NCBI GenBank assembly: GCA_965225995.1
Contig: CBDDCF010000019.1
Location: forward strand, 11,310-75,309
Origin: Acidobacteriota bacterium
GTDB taxonomy: Bacteria > Acidobacteriota > UBA6911 > RPQK01 > CBDDCF01
Reading direction: 5' to 3'
DNA: 64,000 nt
The notes below the pieces were generated by a model. It worked only from the letters and a program-made list of their open reading frames with translations. It did no database searches and was not told the origin of the DNA. Positions 20,111-29,314 of the stretch are shown here, piece by piece. Numbering within the stretch: the stretch's first letter is position 1; each line of letters begins with the position of its first letter. The position numbers and the translations under genes are program-made.

Positions 20111-21566
20111 CGTAATCTTCCGGTGGATGAGGGTGAACGTCCAGAGCTTCCAGTTCGGGATGTCGTGAGAGATCGACAGGCAGTGCCGTGCGACCGGCTC
20201 GACGACTTCTCTGAAGCAGAAAGGCGACGGCTGAAGCGCGTGGAGTCTGACGCTCGAGGGCTTGGCAGAGGGCCGCTCTGAGAGCCTCGGGACCGTAGTC
20301 CTCCAGCAGCAGGAGCAACTGGCGAGTCTGATGGGAAAGGGACTCGCCCTTTTCCACAGCCCCCTGGAGAAGTTCTTCGGCTTCAGGCGCGGCCCGAGTG
20401 AGACGGTCGGAAGGAGCCGCAGCCCAGGCTTTTCGTTTCTGCGCCAGTAATGCCTGCTGATGGGCCGGATCGGCCACCAGTTGACCGCGGTCGTAACTGC
20501 GACGATGAGAAGCCACCAACTGGGTGCCATCCAGGACGCGGACTCGGGTGTCGGAGGCCACCAGAGTCAAGGCCTTTCCCTCAGCCTGGGGCGGAATCGA
20601 GTAGTCGTTCAGATCAAAGCGCAGATAGAGCGTCTTCTTGGAGTGGATGGAAACCATAAGTTCGGTATCGAAAGGGTGAGAGGGCAAGGCCAGAAGCTTG
20701 GCTCTTTCTTCGGCGAAGACCTCAGCCACACAGCGAGAGCGATCCTGAGGCCAGGGCCGTTGGTGGGCGATCTGTTGGAGCCACTCGTGAGCCTGCTCGT
20801 TGAAGCGCTCCAGTGTGGTGAAAGGCCGAGCGGCAAAGAAGGATTCCCTGACAAAACGCAGTGCCCGCTCAATCCGACCTTTTTCATTGGCGCGACCCAC
20901 GTGACAGGGCCGGGGCGCAAAGTGATAGTGAGCGGCCAGCTCCAGCAGTCGCGGATGAAAACGGATGGCATCGCCGCGACGCTCGAGCACGACACTTTTG
21001 AGATTGTCGTACAGGAGTGTTCTGGGGCAACCACCCCAGGAATGAAGGGCGCGAACATGGGCGCGCAGGAAGTTCTCCAGGGATTGATCGAAGAAGAATT
21101 CCAGGTACAGGGCTCGGGAGTAGGAGAGGATCAGGGCCATGCAGGAGAGCTTGCGACGGGCCCTGCCGATGGTGACTTCTCCCAAACTGGCCCAGTCCAC
21201 CTGTGCCTGCTCGGCGGGAAAGGTACGCAGTCGCAGAAAGACCTCTCGGGGGGAGGGACGCACAGTGGCTACGCGTCGGCGCAGCGTGATGACGCTTCCG
21301 GTGTAGCCGCGCTGGCGAACCATCTCGAAGATCCGAGTGGCGCGCAGTTTCGGATACTGCTTGAGGATCTGGCGAACAAACTCCTCGTAGGGGTCGGTCA
21401 GGCGGGCACGAGCTTGCTGTTTTGTGGCGGCAGCAAAACTCTCCGTTCCGATGGCTCGGCGCACGGTGTCGTGGTGAATGCCCAGTTCTGCGGCAATCGT
21501 CCCGATTTTCCAGTGTTCGGCATAAAAGAGGCGACGAATCTGAGTTTTCAGTTCCGGGGTGATCAT
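20076..21566 (-). CDS. istA: IS21-family transposase IstA
   Basis: 496-aa ORF with an N-terminal HTH ([19 protein letters not shown]) and a DDE integrase-core region ([10 protein letters not shown]..., [10 protein letters not shown]). Confidence 0.9.
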   Translation of the reverse strand: MITPELKTQIRRLFYAEHWKIGTIAAELGIHHDTVRRAIGTESFAAATKQQARARLTDPYEEFVRQILKQYPKLRATRIFEMVRQRGYTGSVITLRRRVATVRPSPREVFLRLRTFPAEQAQVDWASLGEVTIGRARRKLSCMALILSYSRALYLEFFFDQSLENFLRAHVRALHSWGGCPRTLLYDNLKSVVLERRGDAIRFHPRLLELAAHYHFAPRPCHVGRANEKGRIERALRFVRESFFAARPFTTLERFNEQAHEWLQQIAHQRPWPQDRSRCVAEVFAEERAKLLALPSHPFDTELMVSIHSKKTLYLRFDLNDYSIPPQAEGKALTLVASDTRVRVLDGTQLVASHRRSYDRGQLVADPAHQQALLAQKRKAWAAAPSDRLTRAAPEAEELLQGAVEKGESLSHQTRQLLLLLEDYGPEALRAALCQALERQTPRASAVAFLLQRSRRAGRTALPVDLSRHPELEALDVHPHPPEDYGELTQSEPQSE

Positions 21567-21569
21567 CGC

Positions 21570-22016
21570 TCACCCCCAATGGAAGGGGTCGCCCCAGCGG
21601 CCGACGCCACCGCAACGAACACAAACCGGGGCAAAATCGGGTTTGTGAGACAAAGACTGCTTTGCATGACCGTTCTCCTGATCCATGGCAGCAATCCTTC
21701 TCAGCGTTGAGAAGGCTGCCATGGGCGGGAACAGCCTGATCGAAGCAGATGCTTTGCGTCTACCCTGATCCGTCACGCGGGCTGCGCATAGCCGCTTTCG
21801 GTAGGCTCGTTGTCGGTCCCGATGATCGGCTCGACCCTCGGGAGATTGCTGGTGGCGACGATTGGCTGCGCGGCATTGTTGGCGGCGCTGTCGCAGACGA
21901 CAGGCTTGGCTGCAGTAGCCATGACCTCGGTCGCAGGGGCGGCAAATGTGAAACAGTTTGCGGCAACTCGCACAGCGACAGATGCGTTGGCGAAGAACGA
22001 TCCTCGGTTCGACCAT
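21570..22016 (-). CDS. Cys-rich zinc-finger-like protein immediately upstream of istA
   Basis: 148-aa ORF. The N-terminal part is a Cys cluster plus a basic region (CRCASCRKLFHICRPCDRGHGYCSQACRLRQRRQQCRAANRRH). A second CxxC (CVRCGG) lies near the C-terminus. The stop is 3 nt from the istA ATG. Confidence 0.5.
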   Translation of the reverse strand: MVEPRIVLRQRICRCASCRKLFHICRPCDRGHGYCSQACRLRQRRQQCRAANRRHQQSPEGRADHRDRQRAYRKRLCAARVTDQGRRKASASIRLFPPMAAFSTLRRIAAMDQENGHAKQSLSHKPDFAPVCVRCGGVGRWGDPFHWG

Positions 22017-22305
22017 AAGTCCAGCTCCGATGGGAGTCTGGACAAATGGCCCAGGGTCGTGACAGGCTACAGTCCGTTAGTGGTAAAACCCCTTTTCCAA
22101 GAAGGCTGCCACGACCGGGCCTCGGTTGCTTAAACAGCCGAGGTCCACCCCTTTTCAAGTCTGCAAAACCATACCTTACTGGGAGGGAAAAAACCGCCGA
22201 GCGACGACCGCCCGGGAATCCAAGACCCACCTGCGGTGGGGATGATGTCGCTTAACTACTCTGCGGGTGATAGTTCAGAAAGACGCGCTTCTTCGTGATC
22301 GTTAA

Positions 22306-22498
22306 CATCCGAAGCTCGAAGCACGAAAGGAAATCTCAAATCTCAAGCTTCAAAACAGAAGAATCCGAAGCCCAGGCTGAGCCAGGCGAGTGCGATCAAG
22401 AGAACTGTTCCCGCCGACACCTGGATCGGATTCTTCTATTGTTCTTCGTGCTTGAAATTTCCCTCGTGCTTCGGATTTCGTGCTTCGTGCTTTGGATG
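22306..22498. repeat. imperfect palindromic MITE-like element
   Basis: The left arm CATCCGAAGCTCGAAGCACGAAAGGAAATCTCAAATCTCAAGC... pairs with the right arm ...GCTTGAAATTTCCCTCGTGCTTCGGATTTCGTGCTTCGTGCTTTGGATG. A partial related copy lies at 60388..60427. Confidence 0.5.
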
Positions 22499-22683
22499 AG
22501 ACTACGGCTTGTCGGTTTGAGCTGGAGCTTCGCTGGCTCCTAGCCCATAATCCGGCGATGCTTCCAAGTTCGTTCAGTTCTCAGGGGGCTCCGTTTCCGG
22601 TTGAACTCGAGCGTGCAAGTCCGTAAACTGACCTGTTCCGGCACTCCTGCCGGACGGATGAAGATGGAATCGAGGGACCCTTC

Positions 22684-23094
22684 ATGAATCGAGCTTTCCG
22701 TGTGGGCCACAACTGCCCGGCCTGGTGTACGAAGTGTAAGAGCGAGACCGAGCATGTGATCGTGGCGATGGTCGATGCGATTCCGAAACGCGTTGAATGT
22801 TGTGGCTGTAGCAGCCAGCACAATTATCGCCTCCCCCCTGGAACCGGGAAAGCCGCCGCTCCCCGGAAGAAGACGGCTACCCGCACTCGAAAACCGCGGG
22901 CACGGAACTGGCTGGTGCAAGTAGCCGAGGCTCAAGGGCTGCCCCGCAGTTATGCCATTTCAGCCAGTTTTCAAGAAGGGGACTTTCTCGAGCATCCCCG
23001 TTTTGGCCCAGGCATCGTGAGCAAGGTCGTTCCGGGGGGGAAGATTGAAGTTCTTTTTGAGAAGGGCCTGAGCCTGCTCGTTCACGAGCGCTAA
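22684..23094 (+). CDS. zinc-ribbon protein with C-terminal small beta-barrel-like domain (hypothetical)
   Basis: 136-aa ORF with CPAWCTKC...CCGC cysteine pairs, a basic linker and the C-terminal stretch FQEGDFLEHPRFGPGIVSKVVPGGKIEVLFEKG. Confidence 0.65.
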   Translation: MNRAFRVGHNCPAWCTKCKSETEHVIVAMVDAIPKRVECCGCSSQHNYRLPPGTGKAAAPRKKTATRTRKPRARNWLVQVAEAQGLPRSYAISASFQEGDFLEHPRFGPGIVSKVVPGGKIEVLFEKGLSLLVHER

Positions 23095-23104
23095 GAGCCT
23101 GTTA

Positions 23105-23450
23105 CGCTCACGAGCTGCCTCGCTGCCTCGCTGCCTCGCTCCCAAGCCACGCATTGTAGGAGTCGGCTCCGTCCGGCGAACTCCCGGGGTCCAAGGGACC
23201 GCTAGCTCTGAAAATTCTTGGGCCTTACGATCTCCCAAACTTGTTCATTGAGGGAGAGAATCACGCTCGGGAATTTGCCAACGTTCGGAGTTCGCCACCT
23301 GGAGGTGACTCCTACAATGCGTGGCCTGCTTCGGAGCGGCAAGGCAATCAAGCTTGGGGGCAAGGATCGAGCCGCCGGCTGCGGTGGCGCACAGATCATT
23401 CCCAAGAAAATAGACCGGCGCCTTTTCGTCCAAAGGCAGGACAGAAAAGC
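23105..23450. repeat. about 335-bp palindromic dispersed element, copy 2
   Basis: Arms at 23147..23185 and 23287..23324. The centre and right-hand extension align with 10905..11240. It is preceded by 3 tandem CTGCCTCG octamers and followed by an IS1380-type end-like sequence at about 23464..23540. Confidence 0.7.
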
Positions 23451-23567
23451 CCACTTTTGTGAAGCCCGAATAAATTCATTAGGTTGTCGAAGCGAACGGT
23501 CGCAAGCGCCGCGCTGACCAGGGTTTATTCATGCGCGAGGGCCGCGTCAGGGATAGCCATGCCTGTT

Positions 23568-26500
23568 CTACTTCGGCACCTTAACCGGTTCTGGTACCTT
23601 CATTCGGGGAATGTCGGCCCGACGGACTTTGCCTTCGAGTTGCGACATTTCCTTCTTCAGGAAGTCATTGAGCCACTCGGCGAGCTTTCGCACTTCAGGA
23701 GCGTCTCTCTTGAAGACCGCTATCAATGTGTCGGTCGGCCGGAACGGGGAATCATTGATTGAGTTATAAGTGCTGGACAGGCTGCGAGCCGAACGATTCA
23801 GATCTGCCGTTTCTTCTTCCAGCTGTTTGAGCAGGTCATCGATCTCGCTCAATAGCTCGGAGTCCTGCCCCTCGAGTTGCGTTTTGAGATCACTCAACTG
23901 GCTGCGCACTTCCGTCAAAGTGGTCTGGGTTTCGGTACCTAGAGTAATCAACGGGATCAATTCCTCCAGAGTTTGGCGACGGAAACGACGATCGGAATCG
24001 CTAACCTGAACTTCGGGATCGGGTTCCACGGCGATTGTGCCACGGGTTTCACTCTCACCCCTGTGAATCACAACACTGTAATTTCCTGCCTCGACCAGCG
24101 GCCCGCGCGAGCCTCCTCGTCCACCCCGCCGCCCGGTGTTCCCGGTCTTCGGTCCTTCCCCGCGGAGATCCCAGAAGTATCGATGGAGACCCTTGTTAGC
24201 TGGCGCTTGAAGTTTCCGGACAGTTTTGCCGGCAGCATCCAGAATCGTCAACTCGAGCTGGGCATCTCGGGAGCTACCGCCACCTCTCCCGGCGCCGCGA
24301 CCTCCTCGACGGCCTGCTTGATCACCCGACTCTCGGGCGTTCCTTTCCGGGCGCGCGAGGCGATAGTCGTCTTTGAGGTAATAGGTGATGGCTGCTCCGT
24401 ATTCCGGGTTATCCGCAATGAAGCGCTTCTCACCCAGGAACTGGTCATCCGAGTGGACCCGATACTGGAACGCTGGGACTGGCTTGGTCTTGAACAGATG
24501 GAAATCGTGGGCCAGCAAGTTGTTCGTCAGTTCGCGCAAGGGGGCGATGTCCACTACCCAGGCACTTCGTCCATGGGTTCCCACCACCAGTTCCCCGTCT
24601 CGTGGATGGACCACCATATCGGCGATTTGTACGGTGGGCAGGCCGGACATGAATCGGGTCCAATGCGAACCGCCGTCGAGCGAGGCAAACACCCCGAACT
24701 CAGTCCCGCAGAAGAGTAAATTCTCACTGACGATATCTTCCCTGACTACACGGACTGGGCCGTTGGAGGGCAGATTCGACGCAAGACTGCGCCAGCTGTC
24801 CCCACAGTCATCAGTACGGAAGAGATGGGGCGAGTAGTCGTCATTCCGGTGACCGTCGAAACTGACGTAGGCACGGCACTCTTCGAATCTCGAGGCAACC
24901 ACTCTTGAAACCCAACGCCGTCCTGGCAACCCAGGGAACCGCTCGGTCAGGTTGGTCCAATTTCGACCGCCGTCGCGCGTCAAGTGAACTGTTCCGTCGT
25001 CACTTCCGGCATATAATAGCCCTTCTGTCAAAGGAGATTCGGACAGGGTCGTCAAGGATCCGATTTTGCGGGTCTCGGGCGGATCGTCGCTGTCCTCAGA
25101 GTCGTCGACCGGCTCGGTAGCATCAGTCAGATCGTGGCTGATCTCTTGCCAGGTGTCTCCTCGGTTGGTTGATTTAAGCACCAGGTTCGCTCCTACATAG
25201 AGCGTCTCGTGGGCGTGGGGAGAGATGATGATGGGAGTTTCCCAATTGAATCGGTAGCTATTCTCGGGATCGGATGCCTGAGGTTTGATGGAGGTGTTCA
25301 GGCCCGACTTCAGATCGTGCCGGATCAGTCCTCCCCCCTGCATTTCGGCGTAGACGATGGTGTGGTCCGTGGGGTCGATTCGAACCTGAAAGCCATCTCC
25401 GGTCATGACCTTGTACCAGTCCGAGGCGGTGATGCCCACCCCGTTTCGAGTAGCGCTGGGTCCACCCCAGGAGCAGTAATCCTGAACCCCACCGTAGATG
25501 TAGTAAGGCTTTCGCATATCGACGTCGATAGCGTAGAACTGCCCCAGAGCCATCTGGTTCAGAAAGTCCCAGCTCCTACCCCGATCGAAGCTGAAATAGA
25601 TGCCGCCATCGTTTCCTAGCACCAGGTGTTCCGGGTCCTGGGGGTTGATCCAGAGAGCGTGATGGTCGACGTGGACATTGATTTGTTGGTTCTCAAAGTT
25701 CTTTCCCCCGTCTTCCGAGACAGCTACGGAGCCTCCCAGAACATAGACCCGCATGTCGTCCTGGGGATCGACTCGGATCTGGCTGTAGTAGAAGGGGCGA
25801 GGATTGATGGGATTGACCCACGTCCAGCTTTCGCCCCGATCTTCAGATCGGAAGACGCCACCATCTTCCATGTTGCGCTGTCTCTGAACGGGAGGAGCAT
25901 TAAAGTTGGGACGACGTGTCACGCTGGACACTGTCTGGACGATGGCATAGACCACATTGGGGCTGCTCAACGACACCGAGAGCCCGATCCGGCCGATTTC
26001 GCCTGATGGAAGCCCGCTCGTCAGTTTTTTCCAGTTACGACCTCCGTCAGTAGTCTTATGGATGGCGCTGCCTGGTCCCGTCATGATGGCCGGATTTCCT
26101 CCTGCGAAAGCGTCCCGCTGTACCTGGTAGGAGGCGGCGTACAGGGTCCGGCTATCGTGAGGATCCATAGCCACGTCGACGACACCCGTGCGATTGTTGA
26201 TTTCGAGCGATTTTTCCCAGGTCTCTCCCCCGTCCTTGGTCTTGTACAGGCCGCGCTCCGAGTTAGAACCCCAGACATGTCCTAGAGCTGCTACCCAGAG
26301 AATATCTGGGTTCCGCGGATCGATCACCATTCTCCCGATGTGGTGGGTATCGCTCAGTCCCATGTGCTTCCAACTCTTACCGCCATCCGTCGATTTGAAC
26401 ACGCCGTGTCCCCACGACACACTGTTGCGGGCATTCGCCTCCCCGGTTCCCACCCAGATTACGTCGGGGTTGTTGGGATGAACCGCTACCGCTCCCACTG

Positions 26501-26774
26501 AGCCGGTCGACTCGTGTTCGAAGATCGGAGTCCAGGTAACCCCATTGTTGTCGGTGCGCCAGAGTCCACCGGTGGCGGTGGCAACGAAGATGTGGTGAGG
26601 GAATTCTCCCACCACAGCCAGATCCACAACTCGCCCGCCAGCCCCGGCCGGCCCCACGGAACGCCACTTGAATGCTTCGAAAACCGATTCCTCTATCTGT
26701 CCCAATGTCGGCACTACTGATGCAAAGAGCAGGGAAGAAATCAAAACCAAACGGGTCCAACTTCGAATTGTCAT
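23568..26774 (-). CDS. BNR/sortilin (VPS10)-like beta-propeller protein, secreted
   Basis: Long ORF 23568..26852 with many BNR-like S/T-x-D-x-G-x-T-W repeats (TDNNGVTW, STDGGKSW, TKDGGETW, TTDGGRNW, SEDRGESW, TRDGGRNW, SLDGGSHW). Start placed at ATG 26774 (MTIRSWTRLVLISSLLFASVVPTLGQ), which has GGAG upstream. Confidence 0.85.
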   Translation of the reverse strand: MTIRSWTRLVLISSLLFASVVPTLGQIEESVFEAFKWRSVGPAGAGGRVVDLAVVGEFPHHIFVATATGGLWRTDNNGVTWTPIFEHESTGSVGAVAVHPNNPDVIWVGTGEANARNSVSWGHGVFKSTDGGKSWKHMGLSDTHHIGRMVIDPRNPDILWVAALGHVWGSNSERGLYKTKDGGETWEKSLEINNRTGVVDVAMDPHDSRTLYAASYQVQRDAFAGGNPAIMTGPGSAIHKTTDGGRNWKKLTSGLPSGEIGRIGLSVSLSSPNVVYAIVQTVSSVTRRPNFNAPPVQRQRNMEDGGVFRSEDRGESWTWVNPINPRPFYYSQIRVDPQDDMRVYVLGGSVAVSEDGGKNFENQQINVHVDHHALWINPQDPEHLVLGNDGGIYFSFDRGRSWDFLNQMALGQFYAIDVDMRKPYYIYGGVQDYCSWGGPSATRNGVGITASDWYKVMTGDGFQVRIDPTDHTIVYAEMQGGGLIRHDLKSGLNTSIKPQASDPENSYRFNWETPIIISPHAHETLYVGANLVLKSTNRGDTWQEISHDLTDATEPVDDSEDSDDPPETRKIGSLTTLSESPLTEGLLYAGSDDGTVHLTRDGGRNWTNLTERFPGLPGRRWVSRVVASRFEECRAYVSFDGHRNDDYSPHLFRTDDCGDSWRSLASNLPSNGPVRVVREDIVSENLLFCGTEFGVFASLDGGSHWTRFMSGLPTVQIADMVVHPRDGELVVGTHGRSAWVVDIAPLRELTNNLLAHDFHLFKTKPVPAFQYRVHSDDQFLGEKRFIADNPEYGAAITYYLKDDYRLARPERNARESGDQAGRRGGRGAGRGGGSSRDAQLELTILDAAGKTVRKLQAPANKGLHRYFWDLRGEGPKTGNTGRRGGRGGSRGPLVEAGNYSVVIHRGESETRGTIAVEPDPEVQVSDSDRRFRRQTLEELIPLITLGTETQTTLTEVRSQLSDLKTQLEGQDSELLSEIDDLLKQLEEETADLNRSARSLSSTYNSINDSPFRPTDTLIAVFKRDAPEVRKLAEWLNDFLKKEMSQLEGKVRRADIPRMKVPEPVKVPK

Positions 26775-26879
26775 CGACTCCATCTCCTCTGGGTGTTTAC
26801 CTTGTAGCCCTATTCTGAATTCAGCGGCGAATTGCCTTGATACTACACTCAATCGAAAATGCAGGCTACGGTTGTTCGA

Positions 26880-27500
26880 TTATCGACTGAGACCCAATAT
26901 CTGACTTCGAGCCTTCTCTAGCGACTCCGGCGTGTTCACATTCAAAAGGGCCCCATCCATGATTCCGTGCCGGGAGAAGTCGACCCGCTGGACCTCTTCT
27001 GCGAGCGTGTCGATCAATCCCATTACCGCGAACAAGCTGGCATCGAGCAGGGACTCGAGAGGCTCCAGGCAAGCTCGCCGATAGACTCCGATCAAAGGAT
27101 GGACCCGACCTGATGAGTCGACAGGGACAGCTACCTGAGCCTCGCCCAGCTGACGCAGCAAGAGTGGAAAAGTAGATTCCGGCAGGAGCGGACAATCACA
27201 GGGACAGAACAGGACCGGATCAGCGTTACTTAAAGTCAGCCCGGTGCGGATCCCTGAAAGGGGACCCCGTCCCGGCGTCAGGTCGGGATGGCAGGAGGCT
27301 GTCGGGAACTGGTGGGCCTCGAGACCAATCACTGCGATTTGGGCGGCCGAGGGAGACAGGCAAGAAATGGCCCGTTCCAGGAGAGACTTCCCGCCAATTT
27401 CGAGAAAGGCTTTGGCCTTTCCCATGCGGGAGCTCGAGCCTCCGGCCAAAACGAAGCCCATTTCCACTCTTGTAGCCAGCCGTGGAGGGTCGTTTTCCAT
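26880..27500 (-). CDS. mobA: molybdenum cofactor guanylyltransferase (MobA-like)
   Basis: GFVLAGGSSSRMGKAKAFLEIGGKSLLERAI, an N-terminal nucleotide-binding motif typical of MobA. 206 aa; the start could instead be the internal Met at 27461. Confidence 0.8.
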   Translation of the reverse strand: MENDPPRLATRVEMGFVLAGGSSSRMGKAKAFLEIGGKSLLERAISCLSPSAAQIAVIGLEAHQFPTASCHPDLTPGRGPLSGIRTGLTLSNADPVLFCPCDCPLLPESTFPLLLRQLGEAQVAVPVDSSGRVHPLIGVYRRACLEPLESLLDASLFAVMGLIDTLAEEVQRVDFSRHGIMDGALLNVNTPESLEKARSQILGLSR

Positions 27501-27572
27501 GTGAGTTCCTGAGTGACTGTCCAGTCAGATCTGTTCAGCGCCGTTCGATTCCCTTACAATCTGCGAGAGAAT

Positions 27573-28817
27573 ATGCGAGTGTTCACCGACATTGTAAGAG
27601 GCCGGTCAGTTCTTTGCATACGTTCATTGTCCGGGCTAGCGCTCTGCCTGGTTCTCCTTGCTGGCCAACCTGTGGCACAGGATCGGGTTCTGCGTCCCGT
27701 GTCCCCGGAAGAGGTACAGATGGACGCCCGCCAATTGGCCAAGATTGACCGGGTCATTCAGGAAGCCATCGCGGCCCACGAGACACCGGGTGCCGTCGTG
27801 CTGGTGGCTCGACATGGCGGGATCGTCTACCACAAGGCATTTGGAAAACGTGCGATTGAACCGGCCCCTGGGGAAATGACGCTCGAAACGATTTTCGACA
27901 TGGCCTCACTGACCAAGGTCGTGGCCACTGCCGCCTCGATCATGGCCCTGATTGAAGATGGCCTCATTTCATTGAGCGACCGGGTCTCGACCTATATGCC
28001 CGAGTTTGCTCAACACGACAAGGGAGTCATCACGCTCCGTGATCTCCTGACCCACTTTTCTGGATTGAGACCCGACATCGATTTGAACGATCAATGGAGC
28101 GGTTACCAGACCGCGATCGAGCGGGCTTTTGCCGAGCATCTGGTGGCGGTTCCCCGGAAGCGCTTCATCTACAGTGACATCAACTTTTTCATCCTGGCGG
28201 AGCTGGTGCGGGTGGTGTCGGGCCGGACGCTCGATGAATTCTCGCGAGAGCGTATTTTCGAGCCTCTGGGCATGGCCGATACAACCTTCAATCCCCCGCT
28301 TTCTCGCCAGGCCCGGATCGCTCCCACAGAAAGGCGAAAGGGCAAAATGTTGCATGGTCAGGTGCACGATCCCACAGCTTCTCGAATGGGGGGAGTGGCC
28401 GGGCATGCGGGCCTGTTTTCAACGATCGGTGACAGCGCCATTTTTGCTCAGATGATTTTGAATCGCGGAGTCTACCGTGGGGTGCGTGTGCTCTCGCCCC
28501 TGAGTGTCGAGCAGATGACAAGGAATCAGTCGCCTGTTGGGCAGGCTTCCTGGCGTGGCCTGGGTTTCGATATCCAAACGCAATTCAGTTCCAATCGGGG
28601 CGATCTCTACCCGATCGGCTCCTTCGGACATACCGGTTTTACGGGAACCTCGATCTGGATCGATCCGCTGAGCGATTCTTTCGTCTTGATATTCACGAGC
28701 CGTCTTCACCCCAGCGGAGAAGGCAGCGTCGTGTCGCTACGCAAGAAGGTTGCTTCCGTGGCTGCTGCCGCCCTTCTCGACCTGGAACTGCCCCAGCAAA
28801 ATGGGAATAAACGCTAA
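27573..28817 (+). CDS. serine hydrolase, beta-lactamase/class C fold
   Basis: SxxK motif (ASLTK), YSD(I)N and GHTGFTG motifs. Start placed at ATG 27573 (MRVFTDIVRGRSVLCIRSLSGLALCLVLLAGQPVAQ, signal-like). Confidence 0.85.
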   Translation: MRVFTDIVRGRSVLCIRSLSGLALCLVLLAGQPVAQDRVLRPVSPEEVQMDARQLAKIDRVIQEAIAAHETPGAVVLVARHGGIVYHKAFGKRAIEPAPGEMTLETIFDMASLTKVVATAASIMALIEDGLISLSDRVSTYMPEFAQHDKGVITLRDLLTHFSGLRPDIDLNDQWSGYQTAIERAFAEHLVAVPRKRFIYSDINFFILAELVRVVSGRTLDEFSRERIFEPLGMADTTFNPPLSRQARIAPTERRKGKMLHGQVHDPTASRMGGVAGHAGLFSTIGDSAIFAQMILNRGVYRGVRVLSPLSVEQMTRNQSPVGQASWRGLGFDIQTQFSSNRGDLYPIGSFGHTGFTGTSIWIDPLSDSFVLIFTSRLHPSGEGSVVSLRKKVASVAAAALLDLELPQQNGNKR

Positions 28818-29140
28818 TGTCCCAACACTGTCCAGTGTGCCGTGCCCGAATCTGGACGGATCCCCTCTTTTCTCCCGCCCGGCTGCACTGTCCTCGCTGC
28901 GGAGCCGAGTTCTCTCCAACTGTCTCTTGGCTCTATTTCCGGGGGCTCCTGCTGATCGTCATTGTTCTTTCATTGACGGTCATCATGTTAATGACCCGAG
29001 GTAATATCTACCTCTTCGTTTTTCTGCTCGGGCTGGGAACTCTGCTCTGGTTCTTGCCACGGATTGTCGATCTGAAACACGTAGGCCCGGAGTTGACCCC
29101 GTCCGAAGGGGTGTTAGCCCGGATTATGCAAGAACCGTAG
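28817..29140 (+). CDS. zinc-ribbon membrane protein (hypothetical); 3' end lies in an IS1380-family terminal repeat
   Basis: CPVC...CPRC pairs followed by two hydrophobic helices. The last 7 codons and the stop fall inside the IS end that starts at 29118. Confidence 0.5.
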   Translation: MSQHCPVCRARIWTDPLFSPARLHCPRCGAEFSPTVSWLYFRGLLLIVIVLSLTVIMLMTRGNIYLFVFLLGLGTLLWFLPRIVDLKHVGPELTPSEGVLARIMQEP

Positions 29141-29314
29141 GCCGGAGTTGAAAAGAGAGTCGAAAGTGGCCCAAATCGGGAGATCGAAGGTGCGACAGGC
29201 GGATTTTCGAGGGATCTCTGTGGACGAGCCGTGTGGAGTAGGTGGGGGAGTGAATTTCAGACGGAGTTGGGCCTGAATGAGTGTACTAAACGATCATTCG
29301 GGAGCTAGGAGAGG

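Larger units (their letters stand above)
18996..22016 (-). mobile_element. IS21-like unit: four tightly coupled genes (Zn-finger ORF, istA, istB, 108-aa ORF); element ends not determined
   Basis: Gene spacing: stop of the 148-aa ORF to the istA ATG is 3 nt; istA and istB overlap by 35 nt; the istB TGA overlaps the ATG of the 108-aa ORF (ATGA). Direct repeats CCCCTTTTC(C)AAG at 22089..22101 and 22148..22159 may be subterminal binding repeats. Inverted ends were not identified by eye. Confidence 0.7.

Noticed and set aside
19319-20530. 403-aa version of the istB ORF
   Set aside because: The upstream 140 codons only reflect an open frame inside istA. IstB-like sequence starts at GTG 20110.
20460-21710. 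416-aa + strand ORF antisense to istA. Similar cases are 59142..60053, 50403..51269, 52425..53258, 41599..42474 and 19349..20038.
   Set aside because: Each is a shadow ORF opposite a gene with strong family signatures. The sequences are low-complexity or Arg/Gly/Pro-rich.
23110-23140. Tandem CTGCCTCG octamers; also the 10-bp repeats at 46999..47038 as a possible CRISPR or minisatellite
   Set aside because: The units are far too short, have no spacers, and number only 3-4. They are treated as simple tandem or binding-site repeats.
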